Positions 26,476-34,146 of a DNA stretch of 50,159 nt are shown piece after piece. The translations under genes were made by a program, and so were the position numbers. The notes under the pieces were generated by a model. That model was not told where the DNA came from, ran no database searches, and saw nothing but the letters and a program-made list of their open reading frames with translations. Source of the stretch: a virus; IMG/VR virus record IMGVR_UViG_3300045988_109785. The stretch is one strand, 5' to 3'. Each line of letters begins with the position of its first letter. The stretch's first letter is position 1.

Positions 26476-26661
26476 TCACTCCTTTCGACTATAGATTCGC
26501 CTCAGCTTCAGGCGTCTTTGGTGGAACAAGGCCTCTTTGTCCTTCTCTGCCTTCTCAGCAGCCTTAAGTGCAGCCAGGTGCTCCTTCCAACGAAGATACC
26601 TGATGCACTCACTGTGACCGTTTAAGTGCCTGTCAGGGCAGTCTTTACAGGGAGGGTTCAT
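26476..26661 (-). CDS. small Cys/His-rich protein
   Basis: 61 aa; [15 protein letters not shown] then a basic helix; coupled to the terL stop. Confidence 0.5.
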   Translation of the reverse strand: MNPPCKDCPDRHLNGHSECIRYLRWKEHLAALKAAEKAEKDKEALFHQRRLKLRRIYSRKE

Positions 26662-27980
26662 GCAGCAGCCTCACCACCCTTTCGACTGTTGCGAGGCACC
26701 TTCTTCACATCAGCCACAGTGTAGTTGTCCAGGCCATACCAAATAGCAGAGAAGGTGTGGGGGTCGATGTTGAACTCGTCGTAGATGAGCTCTCCATTCT
26801 TATCCACAGCATAGGTGAGGTTCTTCAACTCCTTGATGCAGTTCCTGCACTCAGGAGAGCACACGATTTTATGGAAGCGTTTGACCTTCCTCGTGTTCTC
26901 CAGTCTGGAGCCTGCCCACTTCCTACACTTTCTCATCCGGAAGCCGGACTGCTGGTAGAAGGTAATGGCCTTCGGCTCAGCAGCATCGGCTATGATTTGT
27001 ACCTGGTCCATACCGAGTTCAGCCAGCTCCTTAGCTGTCTTGTCATCGGTCATGTGGTTTTTGTAGTACTCCCAGTAGATGTAGAGAATCTTCTTCTCAT
27101 CATCCACAGCCATACGGACCAGGGCATTGTACGAAGTCTCAAAGCCGAAGTCCATACCGTTGAACTTGAACTTATCAGGAATACCAGCCACCTTGGCAAC
27201 CACATCCAAATGGGACTTAGCCACTTCGAACTGAGGCAGGACCTTAGTGCCGTTGATACCGAAGTGACCGAGACGAGCGATTCGGTACAGGTCAGGGTCG
27301 TAGGAGTTTATCTCATCCAGCTGTTCGATATAGGAAGCCGGCAGGAAGTGATTGTCATCCACAGTTGAGTGGTGGTAGTAGGTGTCCTTGGTCCTGATGA
27401 TTCGCTTCCTGTAGAGTTCCTCATCATCCAGAATGAAGCGACCCTTATCCTCGTCCTTGAAGAACTGCTTGTAAGTCCAGTTGCTTTTGTCCACAGGGTT
27501 CTCCGAGAGGATGAAGTGGATGGACAGAGAAGGATGTCGGGCTCTGCCCAGCAGCTCCTTATAGCCGGAGTACTTAAGCTCAGAGGCCTCTTCTATCCAG
27601 ATGATGGTCACTCCGTTGATGGACTTCAGCTTGGCAGGTTTGTCCATGCCCTTGAAGATTATCTGGGAGCCGTTCTTGAAGCGTATCTTCATGGGGGACT
27701 GAACGAACCGCATCACTGGTTGACCATGATTGTCATCGGTCAGGTGGAGTTCCTCAGCCAGTTCCTCAAACAAGGAGAAGCAGGACTCCCGAATAGTTTC
27801 GTAAACCTCACGAATGACCAGGACCTTCCGCTTCTCCTTAATACACTTGAGAATGATTTTGAGGGCGATGTGGTATGACTTGGAGGAGCCGTATCCTCCC
27901 ACAAGGAAATAGAACTTGGAGTTCCAGTCCCCCACGAATTCTCGGAAGTGTTCATTGACCTCCTTGGTAATCTTGGCCAT
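26658..27980 (-). CDS. terL: terminase large subunit (PBSX-type)
   Basis: Start ATG 27980 (MAKITKE...); Walker A GGYGSSKS; C-terminal nuclease region. Confidence 0.85.
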   Translation of the reverse strand: MAKITKEVNEHFREFVGDWNSKFYFLVGGYGSSKSYHIALKIILKCIKEKRKVLVIREVYETIRESCFSLFEELAEELHLTDDNHGQPVMRFVQSPMKIRFKNGSQIIFKGMDKPAKLKSINGVTIIWIEEASELKYSGYKELLGRARHPSLSIHFILSENPVDKSNWTYKQFFKDEDKGRFILDDEELYRKRIIRTKDTYYHHSTVDDNHFLPASYIEQLDEINSYDPDLYRIARLGHFGINGTKVLPQFEVAKSHLDVVAKVAGIPDKFKFNGMDFGFETSYNALVRMAVDDEKKILYIYWEYYKNHMTDDKTAKELAELGMDQVQIIADAAEPKAITFYQQSGFRMRKCRKWAGSRLENTRKVKRFHKIVCSPECRNCIKELKNLTYAVDKNGELIYDEFNIDPHTFSAIWYGLDNYTVADVKKVPRNSRKGGEAAA

Positions 27981-27981
27981 G

Positions 27982-28788
27982 TCACACACCCACAATCTCA
28001 ATCTTCAGAGGTTCATCTCCAGAGTCATCATCGGCAGCCTTCTGCAGAATACGCAGCTTGGCTTCCTTGGCCTGGTCCTCAGGAAGGATACGCAGGTAGG
28101 AGGACAGCCTATCAAGGGCCTTCATCTTGTCAGCCATCTTAATAGTGATGCCGTCCTTGCCTTCCTTAATCTCAGTGATGACCTGGCCATCTGTTTGGTT
28201 GGACCCTCTGAGCATCACGCCTGCAGCAGACACGTTGACATAGTCGTTCATATCGGCGAAGGCAATCTTGGCCCACATACGAAGGATGTCGATGGTGTCC
28301 ACAAAAATCTCCTCACAGGCCTCAGCTCTCATCTCCTTCAGGAAGGCCTTGATATGGTCCTGCTTCAAGAGAGTACAGGCGGCAGTATATGCACAGCCTG
28401 GACTGTAGCCAGCCCGGATGGCTGCCTGGGTGGCATTCTTGCACTTGAAGAAGTGGTAGCAGAAGTCCTGCTCCCTGTCAGTGAGACCCAGTTCTTCAGC
28501 CCTGGTCTTCACGAACTCCTTCACCTTGGGAGAGACCTTGACCTTGTCTCCCTGGTCCTCCATCACGTACTTGTCCCAGTTCTCCTCCTTCATCCACTTA
28601 CGGATATAGGACTGAGGGACCTTGCCGTGCCGGGACAGGACCTTAGTGCTGACTTCTCCCTCGTGCTCAATATAATAGGTCAGGGCATCATCATGATGTT
28701 TCTTGAGTTCCTTGGGGGAGTACTTCTTCACATCATCATCATACTTTTTCTTTTTAGGGTTGGGCACGGTTTCACCAAGTCTGGGCAT
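27982..28788 (-). CDS. terS: terminase small subunit
   Basis: 268 aa; [24 protein letters not shown] is Terminase_2-like; N-terminal HTH-like region. Confidence 0.75.
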   Translation of the reverse strand: MPRLGETVPNPKKKKYDDDVKKYSPKELKKHHDDALTYYIEHEGEVSTKVLSRHGKVPQSYIRKWMKEENWDKYVMEDQGDKVKVSPKVKEFVKTRAEELGLTDREQDFCYHFFKCKNATQAAIRAGYSPGCAYTAACTLLKQDHIKAFLKEMRAEACEEIFVDTIDILRMWAKIAFADMNDYVNVSAAGVMLRGSNQTDGQVITEIKEGKDGITIKMADKMKALDRLSSYLRILPEDQAKEAKLRILQKAADDDSGDEPLKIEIVGV

Positions 28789-28827
28789 ACCTTCACCCCC
28801 TTTCTTGAAAAAAATTGTCGAGAAACA

Positions 28828-28884
28828 CCCACAAAAAGGACCCTGAACCAGGGCCTAAACCCCTGGAACAGGGCCTTTTTGGGG
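28828..28884 (-). promoter_or_regulatory. structured late-operon leader: two tandem CCCTG-nnn-CAGGG palindromes enclosed by an A5/T5 stem
   Basis: ccctgaaccaggg 28841..28853 and ccctggaacaggg 28861..28873; flanks cccacaaaaagg and cctttttgggg. Confidence 0.5.
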
Positions 28885-28919
28885 CTTACAGGAGGAAATC
28901 ACTACTTCCTGACACGTAA

Positions 28920-28948
28920 ATTCTACCACACCTATAAGAAATTGTCCA
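28920..28948 (-). promoter_or_regulatory. possible promoter TGGACA-N17-TAGAAT (extended -10) upstream of terS
   Basis: Plus-strand attcta 28920..28925 and tgtcca 28943..28948. Confidence 0.4.
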
Positions 28949-28977
28949 TGATATAAACTCTTGATTTTGTGGCAAGG

Positions 28978-29003
28978 AAAAAAGGCCACCCTTTTGGGCA
29001 GCC
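28978..29003 (-). terminator. Rho-independent terminator between the early-left genes and the late operon
   Basis: On the minus strand, GGCTGCCC-aaaa-GGGTGGCC (two G.U pairs) followed by TTTTTT. Confidence 0.65.
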
Positions 29004-29120
29004 CTTTCCCCCTCTACCAACTGAGCATCTACAGTTCAGGGAGCCTTACCTATTTAGGATATACTCCTTGGGTATGCCCACCCTATTGGCCAGGCCAGTG
29101 GAGGCAGTCACCCCCTGAAC
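28978..29120 (-). ncRNA. candidate ~140-nt non-coding leader RNA (promoter 29127..29155 to terminator 28978..29003)
   Basis: No ORF with a start codon; an internal 8-bp closing helix GTTCAGGG/CCCTGAAC; bounded by a consensus-class promoter and a T6 terminator. Confidence 0.4.
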
Positions 29121-29126
29121 ACTTAC

Positions 29127-29155
29127 AGTATACCACACCAGACAGCAGTTGTAAA
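29127..29155 (-). promoter_or_regulatory. Sigma-A-type promoter TTTACA-N17-TATACT
   Basis: Plus-strand agtata 29127..29132 and tgtaaa 29150..29155; TGG immediately upstream of the -10. Confidence 0.6.
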
Positions 29156-29171
29156 CCACAGAACTCTTGAT

Positions 29172-29354
29172 TTACCCCATCACTGTCTTCTCCAGGTCTA
29201 CCTCCCTCAGAGGGCAGTCCTTATGTCGCTTGTTCTTGTAGGCCTTCTTCATCTGTTCAGGCTGCCGGGCTTTACAGGCCAGAGAGCAACCCAGGTACTC
29301 ACACTCCCAACAGTTGTCAGGTATCTTCTCCAGATGGGTCTTGGCTATCACCAT
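29172..29354 (-). CDS. small Cys-rich protein (last gene before the late control region)
   Basis: ATG 29354 after GGAGGTGAG; 60 aa; CWECEYLGCSLAC...C. Confidence 0.5.
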   Translation of the reverse strand: MVIAKTHLEKIPDNCWECEYLGCSLACKARQPEQMKKAYKNKRHKDCPLREVDLEKTVMG

Positions 29355-29607
29355 CCATCTCACCTCCAAAGTCATACTCCTTAATTCGGTCATCCAAGAA
29401 CCGAACGTCTCTGGGATAGACCTCATGCACCTGGCCATACTCGTCCTCCACCACAGCCAGGACCATGGAGCACTGTCCACCAGCAGGGCCTCCCCTTAAG
29501 GCACTCTCTCCCACAGTCCAGGCACGATGGTCCCAACAGTGGAACAGGTGCTTCTTGCCCTTCACCAGACAGGGCCTCAGCTTCACTACCATTTCAAATC
29601 CAGCCAT
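29317..29607 (-). CDS. hypothetical protein
   Basis: 96 aa; SD GGAAAGGAGGCC. Confidence 0.55.
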   Translation of the reverse strand: MAGFEMVVKLRPCLVKGKKHLFHCWDHRAWTVGESALRGGPAGGQCSMVLAVVEDEYGQVHEVYPRDVRFLDDRIKEYDFGGEMDGDSQDPSGEDT

Positions 29608-29630
29608 ATACAGGCCTCCTTTCCAAAACT

Positions 29631-29659
29631 ATTATACCAAAAGAGAAAGGGGGAGTAAA
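29631..29659 (-). promoter_or_regulatory. Promoter with its -35 (TTTACT) in the loop of a terminator hairpin; -10 TGGTATAAT
   Basis: Plus-strand attata 29631..29636 and agtaaa 29654..29659. Confidence 0.55.
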
Positions 29660-29664
29660 CCCCC
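29641..29664 (-). terminator. terminator hairpin GGGGG-tttact-CCCCC plus a T-rich tail
   Basis: Read on the minus strand downstream of 29673..30263. Confidence 0.55.
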
Positions 29665-29672
29665 TAAACCCT

Positions 29673-30263
29673 TCAGTCCTTTTTCAAGTAAGGACAGGTT
29701 TTGCAGTCCTTGGCCAGTTTGCCAGCCCCAGTGAGTTGGCCCCTACAATACCCACCAGCATCCACGAAGCAGATAGGCTCTCCAGTGTAGGAGTTTATCT
29801 TGGAATGGGACAGACTCGTTCTACCCAGCTTCTCCATCTTCTCCCCGACCTGTTCCTCGAATTCGTGCAGGGCAGCCTTGTACTCCTCCTGCTGGGCTTT
29901 GGTAGGCTTCACTCCTACAGGACGGTTGTCCTTCATCAGCTGTTTGAGCCCGGTCTTCCGGTTAGAGTCAGACTCAGAGGCTCCACCCTTCTCTCCCCGG
30001 TGCAGGTCTTCCAGGTAGCAGGACATCCATCCCTCGAACTTTCCTTCCCTGATGGCACTCTGGGCCTTCTGGGCAATCTCCAGCTCCTCCTCCAGTTTTC
30101 GTCTGTCCTTCTTAGACTGGGCTTTGGACAGCAGGCACTGCAGAAGTTTGACCTTCTCCTCCACGTTGGCTATCCTGGCAGGACAGTGGGGGGAGCACTC
30201 TCTCTTGTTGAACGCCAGGCAGAGGCCTCGTTGGTCCCTATTAAAGCAAGTAATCTTCCCCAT
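29673..30263 (-). CDS. hypothetical protein with Cys clusters at both ends and a central coiled coil
   Basis: 196 aa; N-terminal C..C...C..HC; C-terminal C...C...CKTC. Confidence 0.55.
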   Translation of the reverse strand: MGKITCFNRDQRGLCLAFNKRECSPHCPARIANVEEKVKLLQCLLSKAQSKKDRRKLEEELEIAQKAQSAIREGKFEGWMSCYLEDLHRGEKGGASESDSNRKTGLKQLMKDNRPVGVKPTKAQQEEYKAALHEFEEQVGEKMEKLGRTSLSHSKINSYTGEPICFVDAGGYCRGQLTGAGKLAKDCKTCPYLKKD

Positions 30264-30270
30264 CGTTCAT

Positions 30271-30723
30271 TCACCTCCTTCCTTCGTCGAACGCCGTCGA
30301 ACGCACGTCATGAGACTCTTGATTTTCTTTGAAGTTGCCTTCGTCGTCGAAGAGCTCCTCGTACCAAGCTTCGACATCCACACCTTTATCCTTCAGTTTG
30401 AAGCGTTCCGGATAGAGGTCATCCAGCTCGTAGAACTCCCGCATCCGAAGATGCTCCTTCATCATAGCCACATAGAACTTCTTCAGTCGAGTAGCTCCCC
30501 AGCCGTAGCATTGATGCAGTGTCCACAGGACCATCGTATCGATGTCCAGCTGATACTCCTTGTCCTTGGCCAGAATCTGCTGATTTATCTCATGCATCAT
30601 CGCCTCCCGACCGACTCCCTGAGTGGCAGCTCTCCCTATCTCAGAAGGCTTCATCAGGAGCACTGGCTCCTTCTTCGTCTCCAGTCCCTGCTTCTTCAGC
30701 CTTCTTCGCTCCTGCCGGTTCAC
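30271..30723 (-). CDS. hypothetical protein
   Basis: GTG start 30723, 7 nt after AAGGAGGTG; 150 aa; overlaps the upstream gene by 83 nt. Confidence 0.55.
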   Translation of the reverse strand: MNRQERRRLKKQGLETKKEPVLLMKPSEIGRAATQGVGREAMMHEINQQILAKDKEYQLDIDTMVLWTLHQCYGWGATRLKKFYVAMMKEHLRMREFYELDDLYPERFKLKDKGVDVEAWYEELFDDEGNFKENQESHDVRSTAFDEGRR

Positions 30724-30901
30724 CCAGAGCCACCTCCTTGGCCTTTCTTCTCAGTTCCTCAAGCTTTCTGTCCGAATCATCGATGCAGTCCCTGCAGCAT
30801 CTCTGGACAGCCTCGTAGTAATCCCTGTTGTCGGTATAGAACTCAATCTTGTAGCTCTTCTTACCGTTCTCCATCAGGTTCTTCGTGTTAAACCCTGTCA
30901 T
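30641..30901 (-). CDS. hypothetical protein
   Basis: 86 aa; CCRDC; acidic low-complexity tail. Confidence 0.5.
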   Translation of the reverse strand: MTGFNTKNLMENGKKSYKIEFYTDNRDYYEAVQRCCRDCIDDSDRKLEELRRKAKEVALGEPAGAKKAEEAGTGDEEGASAPDEAF

Positions 30902-30905
30902 TGTC

Positions 30906-31076
30906 TCAGTCTCCTTTCATGTACTCCCAGTCCTTCAGAGAGATCATCTTCTCCCGGACGAGCTTATCAATCACTTTTCCAATGTTGTCCCCATACTTCA
31001 TCATCTTGGCCAGTTTATGCAAATTCCACAGAGTCTGGGGAGTGACCCTGCATGCCAGCCTTCTTAGACTCTTCAT
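30906..31076 (-). CDS. ribbon-helix-helix (Arc/CopG-like) DNA-binding protein
   Basis: ATG 31076 in an ATGA overlap with the deaminase stop; 56 aa; RVTPQTLWNLHKLAKMM...IGKVIDKLV fits a beta-alpha-alpha pattern. Confidence 0.5.
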   Translation of the reverse strand: MKSLRRLACRVTPQTLWNLHKLAKMMKYGDNIGKVIDKLVREKMISLKDWEYMKGD

Positions 31077-31627
31077 GTCATAACCTCCTGGTCGGTAGCA
31101 TCCAGATGAACCACAGTGATGCCGGCAGACTTCAGCAGGTCCAGTCCGGTAGTGTCCCTGTACTCCTTCATGTAGACCAGCTTCTTGATGCCACTGTTGA
31201 CAATCACCTTGGCACAATTGATGCAGGGAGACATGGTGCAGTACATGGTGCAGCCTTCCACAGCCACCCCAGCCCGGGCAGCAAAGGCGATGGCGTTAGT
31301 CTCAGCATGCAGACTCCTGGTACAGCCAGGGCCCATGCACTCAGGATGTCCCTCCTCCCCTCCAGTATACTCAGGCCAGGTTTCAGGTTCATTCGGGTAC
31401 ACCTTAAGCCAGTCTACCTCTCCCACAGGATGAAGGGGAGTAGGTGGGACCTCCTTGGAGGAGCAGGCAGGCATACCAGAGACAGGGCCGTTATACCCCA
31501 TGGAGACCACACGTCCCTCCTTGACAATCACAGCACCAACCTGAGACCTCAGGCAGGTAGACCGTTGAGCCACCACCTGACAAATCTTGATGAACATTTC
31601 ATCCCTTGAAATTCGTTCCCGTATCAC
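31073..31627 (-). CDS. dCMP deaminase (zinc-dependent cytidine/deoxycytidylate deaminase fold)
   Basis: HAETNAI and PCINCAK motifs; RSTC...VGAVIV. GTG 31627 has SD GAAAGGAG at 7 nt; ATG 31654 is an alternative start. A ~40-aa insert lies between GYNG and HAE. Confidence 0.8.
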   Translation of the reverse strand: MIRERISRDEMFIKICQVVAQRSTCLRSQVGAVIVKEGRVVSMGYNGPVSGMPACSSKEVPPTPLHPVGEVDWLKVYPNEPETWPEYTGGEEGHPECMGPGCTRSLHAETNAIAFAARAGVAVEGCTMYCTMSPCINCAKVIVNSGIKKLVYMKEYRDTTGLDLLKSAGITVVHLDATDQEVMT

Positions 31628-31695
31628 CTTGATACTCCTTTCTTGATATGACATTATGTAATCATATTTCTCTTGATTTATACAGTGTGTATATA

Positions 31696-31725
31696 TGTGG
31701 ATAACTTTGTGGAAAATGTGGATAA
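31696..31725 (-). promoter_or_regulatory. cluster of three DnaA-box-like 9-mers (TTATCCACA x2, TTTTCCACA x1)
   Basis: Plus-strand tgtggataa 31696..31704, tgtggaaaa 31708..31716 and tgtggataa 31717..31725, all in the same orientation. Confidence 0.6.
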
Positions 31726-31853
31726 CCGGGGCACCCCGTATAGGGCCGCTGGGAGCCCGCTGGGGCCATTTTACCCCCTGGGGGGTATAAACATACCAGT
31801 GACCCCCTAAAAAGCCCCCCAGGCTGGCCCTGTGCTCCCCGTGGCACCCATAT

Positions 31854-32309
31854 TTATCCCAGGCCCCCAGGGGGAGTGAATTCAGGGGGTAATTTCGTGC
31901 CTCGTACGAGTTTGACCTTATCCAACCAGACCCACAGGCAATGGCCCTCTTGACCCTCCCGGCCATGGGTCCTCAGGTTCAGGGCATGGCCGTCCAGTAC
32001 CACATCCTTGAACTCCACACCTGGGATATACCAGCCACCCACCTGGCAGGCAGCAACAATCCTCCCTTGACCTACACCCTCCACATAGACCTCCTTATCC
32101 TCCCACAGATGGAGAGGACAGGCAGGGTAGTAGCCAGGCACCTTACTCCGGACATCCCAGCAGTTCCACCCAGGGCCACAGGCCTCAGCCATTGGACTCA
32201 GTGCCTCCAGCTTCTCCCGGTACAGGTTCATCAGGTTGGCAATCTCCAGCATGACTCTCAGTGGGTTCTCCAGCTTCCTGGCCTCCGGTATTCCTCCTTG
32301 AACGTTCAT
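31854..32309 (-). CDS. hypothetical protein
   Basis: 151 aa; SD GGAAGGAGGT. Confidence 0.55.
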   Translation of the reverse strand: MNVQGGIPEARKLENPLRVMLEIANLMNLYREKLEALSPMAEACGPGWNCWDVRSKVPGYYPACPLHLWEDKEVYVEGVGQGRIVAACQVGGWYIPGVEFKDVVLDGHALNLRTHGREGQEGHCLWVWLDKVKLVRGTKLPPEFTPPGGLG

Positions 32310-32820
32310 ACCGCAGTACCTCCTTCCTCAGTCGATTGAGATTCTTCTTCCGTACTCGTTCCTTCCGATGTCCACAGAGGGAGATGACTCTCCCATCCAG
32401 ACCATAGCCTTTGGCCTTTTCCACCAGAGCTCGTTCTTCCTCCCTTTTCCTCAGCAGTTCCCGGGCAGTAGTCCCGAGCCCATACTTACCGAAAGCCTCA
32501 GCCAGCTTTCGACACTCTCTACCAAACTCCTCCATAGCCGGAGCGAGTATAGTTCTCCCCCACAGGCCTATGGCCTCCACAGCCTCAGACAGACCCCAGG
32601 ACAAAGCCCTTCCAGCTTCAGCCAACCTCCGGTTGACTTCTTCCATCGGATCAGGTTCTCCCCCAGTCACTCCCAGGAGTTCCTTACCTTCCTCCGACAG
32701 ACAGTCATTGTCTACCCTCAGCACAGTAGTCTTCTCCCCAGGCATCGGTCCATAGACTTCCAGCTTGGGAAAGTCCTTGACCTCTCGGGCCAGGTTCATG
32801 AGCTTCCTATCAATCTCCAC
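32185..32820 (-). CDS. hypothetical protein
   Basis: GTG start after GAAAGGAGGTGA; 211 aa; the last ~40 aa overlap the next gene. Confidence 0.55.
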   Translation of the reverse strand: MEIDRKLMNLAREVKDFPKLEVYGPMPGEKTTVLRVDNDCLSEEGKELLGVTGGEPDPMEEVNRRLAEAGRALSWGLSEAVEAIGLWGRTILAPAMEEFGRECRKLAEAFGKYGLGTTARELLRKREEERALVEKAKGYGLDGRVISLCGHRKERVRKKNLNRLRKEVLRYERSRRNTGGQEAGEPTESHAGDCQPDEPVPGEAGGTESNG

Positions 32821-32919
32821 GAGCTCACCTCCTTTCCTATACTTCCATTATACCACATCCCCACACAAAAAGAAATCCCCAGGACTCTTGAGGTCCCAGG
32901 GAAATTCTTGTCCATATTC

Positions 32920-33111
32920 TCAGTAACAGTAGATAGGCAGCCCCAGTACTTTAGCAGCCAGCTCCTCAGCTTCAGTAGCCCCACGATAGGAGACAGCTTC
33001 GGGAAGCTCAGTCTCCATCCACCCACGAAGCTTCTCCTCTGTAGTCCTGACCATCACGCAGTAAGTAAAACCGTTCCGAGAGCACTTGACTTTCCAGACT
33101 CTTTCGTACAT
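32920..33111 (-). CDS. hypothetical protein
   Basis: 63 aa; SD TAAGGAGGT. Confidence 0.5.
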   Translation of the reverse strand: MYERVWKVKCSRNGFTYCVMVRTTEEKLRGWMETELPEAVSYRGATEAEELAAKVLGLPIYCY

Positions 33112-33124
33112 ACCTTATACCTCC

Positions 33125-33469
33125 TTAGTTCCAGCCCAAGGCCTTACGGTCCTTTTTGGTCAGCTTCGTGATGGAGAAGCCCTTGTGGAGCTTGATGGTG
33201 TAGTGGGAAGTTTCAGCGAAGCCGGGTTCCACAGAAGATTTGAAATTAGAGAAGTCGTAGGTGTGATAGATACCGAACTCCAGGTTGTCCTTCCAGTAGT
33301 ACTCCACAGAGCAGCCACAGCAGGAGACCGTTTTAGTCAGGTCAGCCAGGGACCGAGCGATGTCCAGGCAGTCCTTCAGCGATTGAGCTTCGTTGCCCTT
33401 CTCCCAGGCAGGAGTGTAGGAGCCAGTGGTGAGCAGGGTGTTCCAGATAGCAGCGAGTTCCTTAGTCAT
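33125..33469 (-). CDS. hypothetical protein (first gene of the leftward arm)
   Basis: 114 aa; SD TGGAGGAAT. Confidence 0.55.
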   Translation of the reverse strand: MTKELAAIWNTLLTTGSYTPAWEKGNEAQSLKDCLDIARSLADLTKTVSCCGCSVEYYWKDNLEFGIYHTYDFSNFKSSVEPGFAETSHYTIKLHKGFSITKLTKKDRKALGWN

Positions 33470-33519
33470 TTTGTATTCCTCCAGTTGGTTGAGATTGAGT
33501 AGTGATTTATTACATTATT

Positions 33520-33548
33520 ATTATACCAGAGCTTCGGTCGAATGTAAA
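33520..33548 (-). promoter_or_regulatory. Conserved early promoter (CTCATTTACA-N17-TATAAT) driving the leftward arm
   Basis: Plus-strand attata 33520..33525 and tgtaaa 33543..33548; upstream AGAAAATCTTCGAG element. Confidence 0.7.
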
Positions 33549-33587
33549 TGAGTTTCTCGAAGATTTTCTAAGTTTTTTTTTTGAGAA

Positions 33588-33631
33588 GAGACCTACTGAG
33601 ACCGAAGACCTATTGGGACCAAACCGAGACC
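33588..33631. repeat. five (G)AGACC/GGACC motifs at 7-11 bp spacing
   Basis: GACC cores at about 33590, 33600, 33607, 33617 and 33628. Confidence 0.5.
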
Positions 33632-33731
33632 GGACAAATATGGCTGGGATGCTGTGTGGCCGAGGGCCTTTAGGCCCGGAGGCCCATCAGCCCCAGGCCA
33701 TTTTGGCTGGGCTATATGATAATTTGTATTT

Positions 33732-33850
33732 CATATTCTATATACGTATTGAGGGGGAGGCGGTATATATATTCTATATTCGTATTGCAGGAATGCTACA
33801 TATATATTATAATACTTATTGCATATTACGGCGTAATACGTATATAGAAT
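33732..33850. repeat. 19-bp repeat ATATTCTATAT(A/T)CGTATTG: two direct copies plus one inverted partial copy
   Basis: Copies at 33733..33751 and 33769..33787; inverted aatacgtatatagaat at 33835..33850. Confidence 0.8.
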
Positions 33851-34026
33851 CTTATAGCAGGGGTCGTAATATGCAATATGCAGGAGGCGCGTTTATATTG
33901 AGACTTTCTGCTATATGGCAATATACTTGTACAAAATAACGTGGCAGTCGTAATATGCAATATACCTTGTACAAAATAACGTGCCAAACTGCAATATGCA
34001 ATATCACTTGTACAAAATACGAGTGC
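33819..34026. repeat. iteron array: CGTAATATGCAA (2 direct, 1 inverted) and three ~40-bp tandem units GCAATAT-n-CTTGTACAAAATAACGTG
   Basis: cttgtacaaaataacgtg at 33926 and 33966, variant at 34007; cgtaatatgcaatat at 33865 and 33949; inverted copy at 33819..33830. Confidence 0.8.
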
Positions 34027-34084
34027 CAGTTTTGGGGTCGGTATTCGTATAAGTATTCTAATAATATGTCAAGAGTTTAAGCCA

Positions 34085-34113
34085 TTTACAAGGTCATATT
34101 CCTGTGGTATTAT
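34085..34113 (+). promoter_or_regulatory. Promoter GCCATTTACA-N17-TATTAT driving the rightward arm
   Basis: tttaca 34085..34090; tattat 34108..34113 with a TGTGG extended -10. Confidence 0.65.
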
Positions 34114-34146
34114 AGAACTGACACCAAAAAGAAAGGAGGGAAGCTC

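Noticed and set aside
29012-29030. A tRNA-like D-arm sequence (GCTCAGTTGGTAGAG on the minus strand).
   Set aside because: The D-stem closes imperfectly (GCTC/GAGG). No anticodon stem, T-arm (GGTTCGA) or acceptor pairing can be drawn around it. It is treated as part of the candidate leader RNA.
33502-33939. A 145-aa ORF across the AT-rich repeat region.
   Set aside because: It has no SD, lies across direct and inverted repeats and between divergent promoters, and its composition is unlike the phage's genes.
33865-34026. Whether the ~40-bp tandem repeats could be a small CRISPR array.
   Set aside because: There are only three imperfect units with essentially no unique spacers, no leader and no cas genes. 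The features fit iterons.
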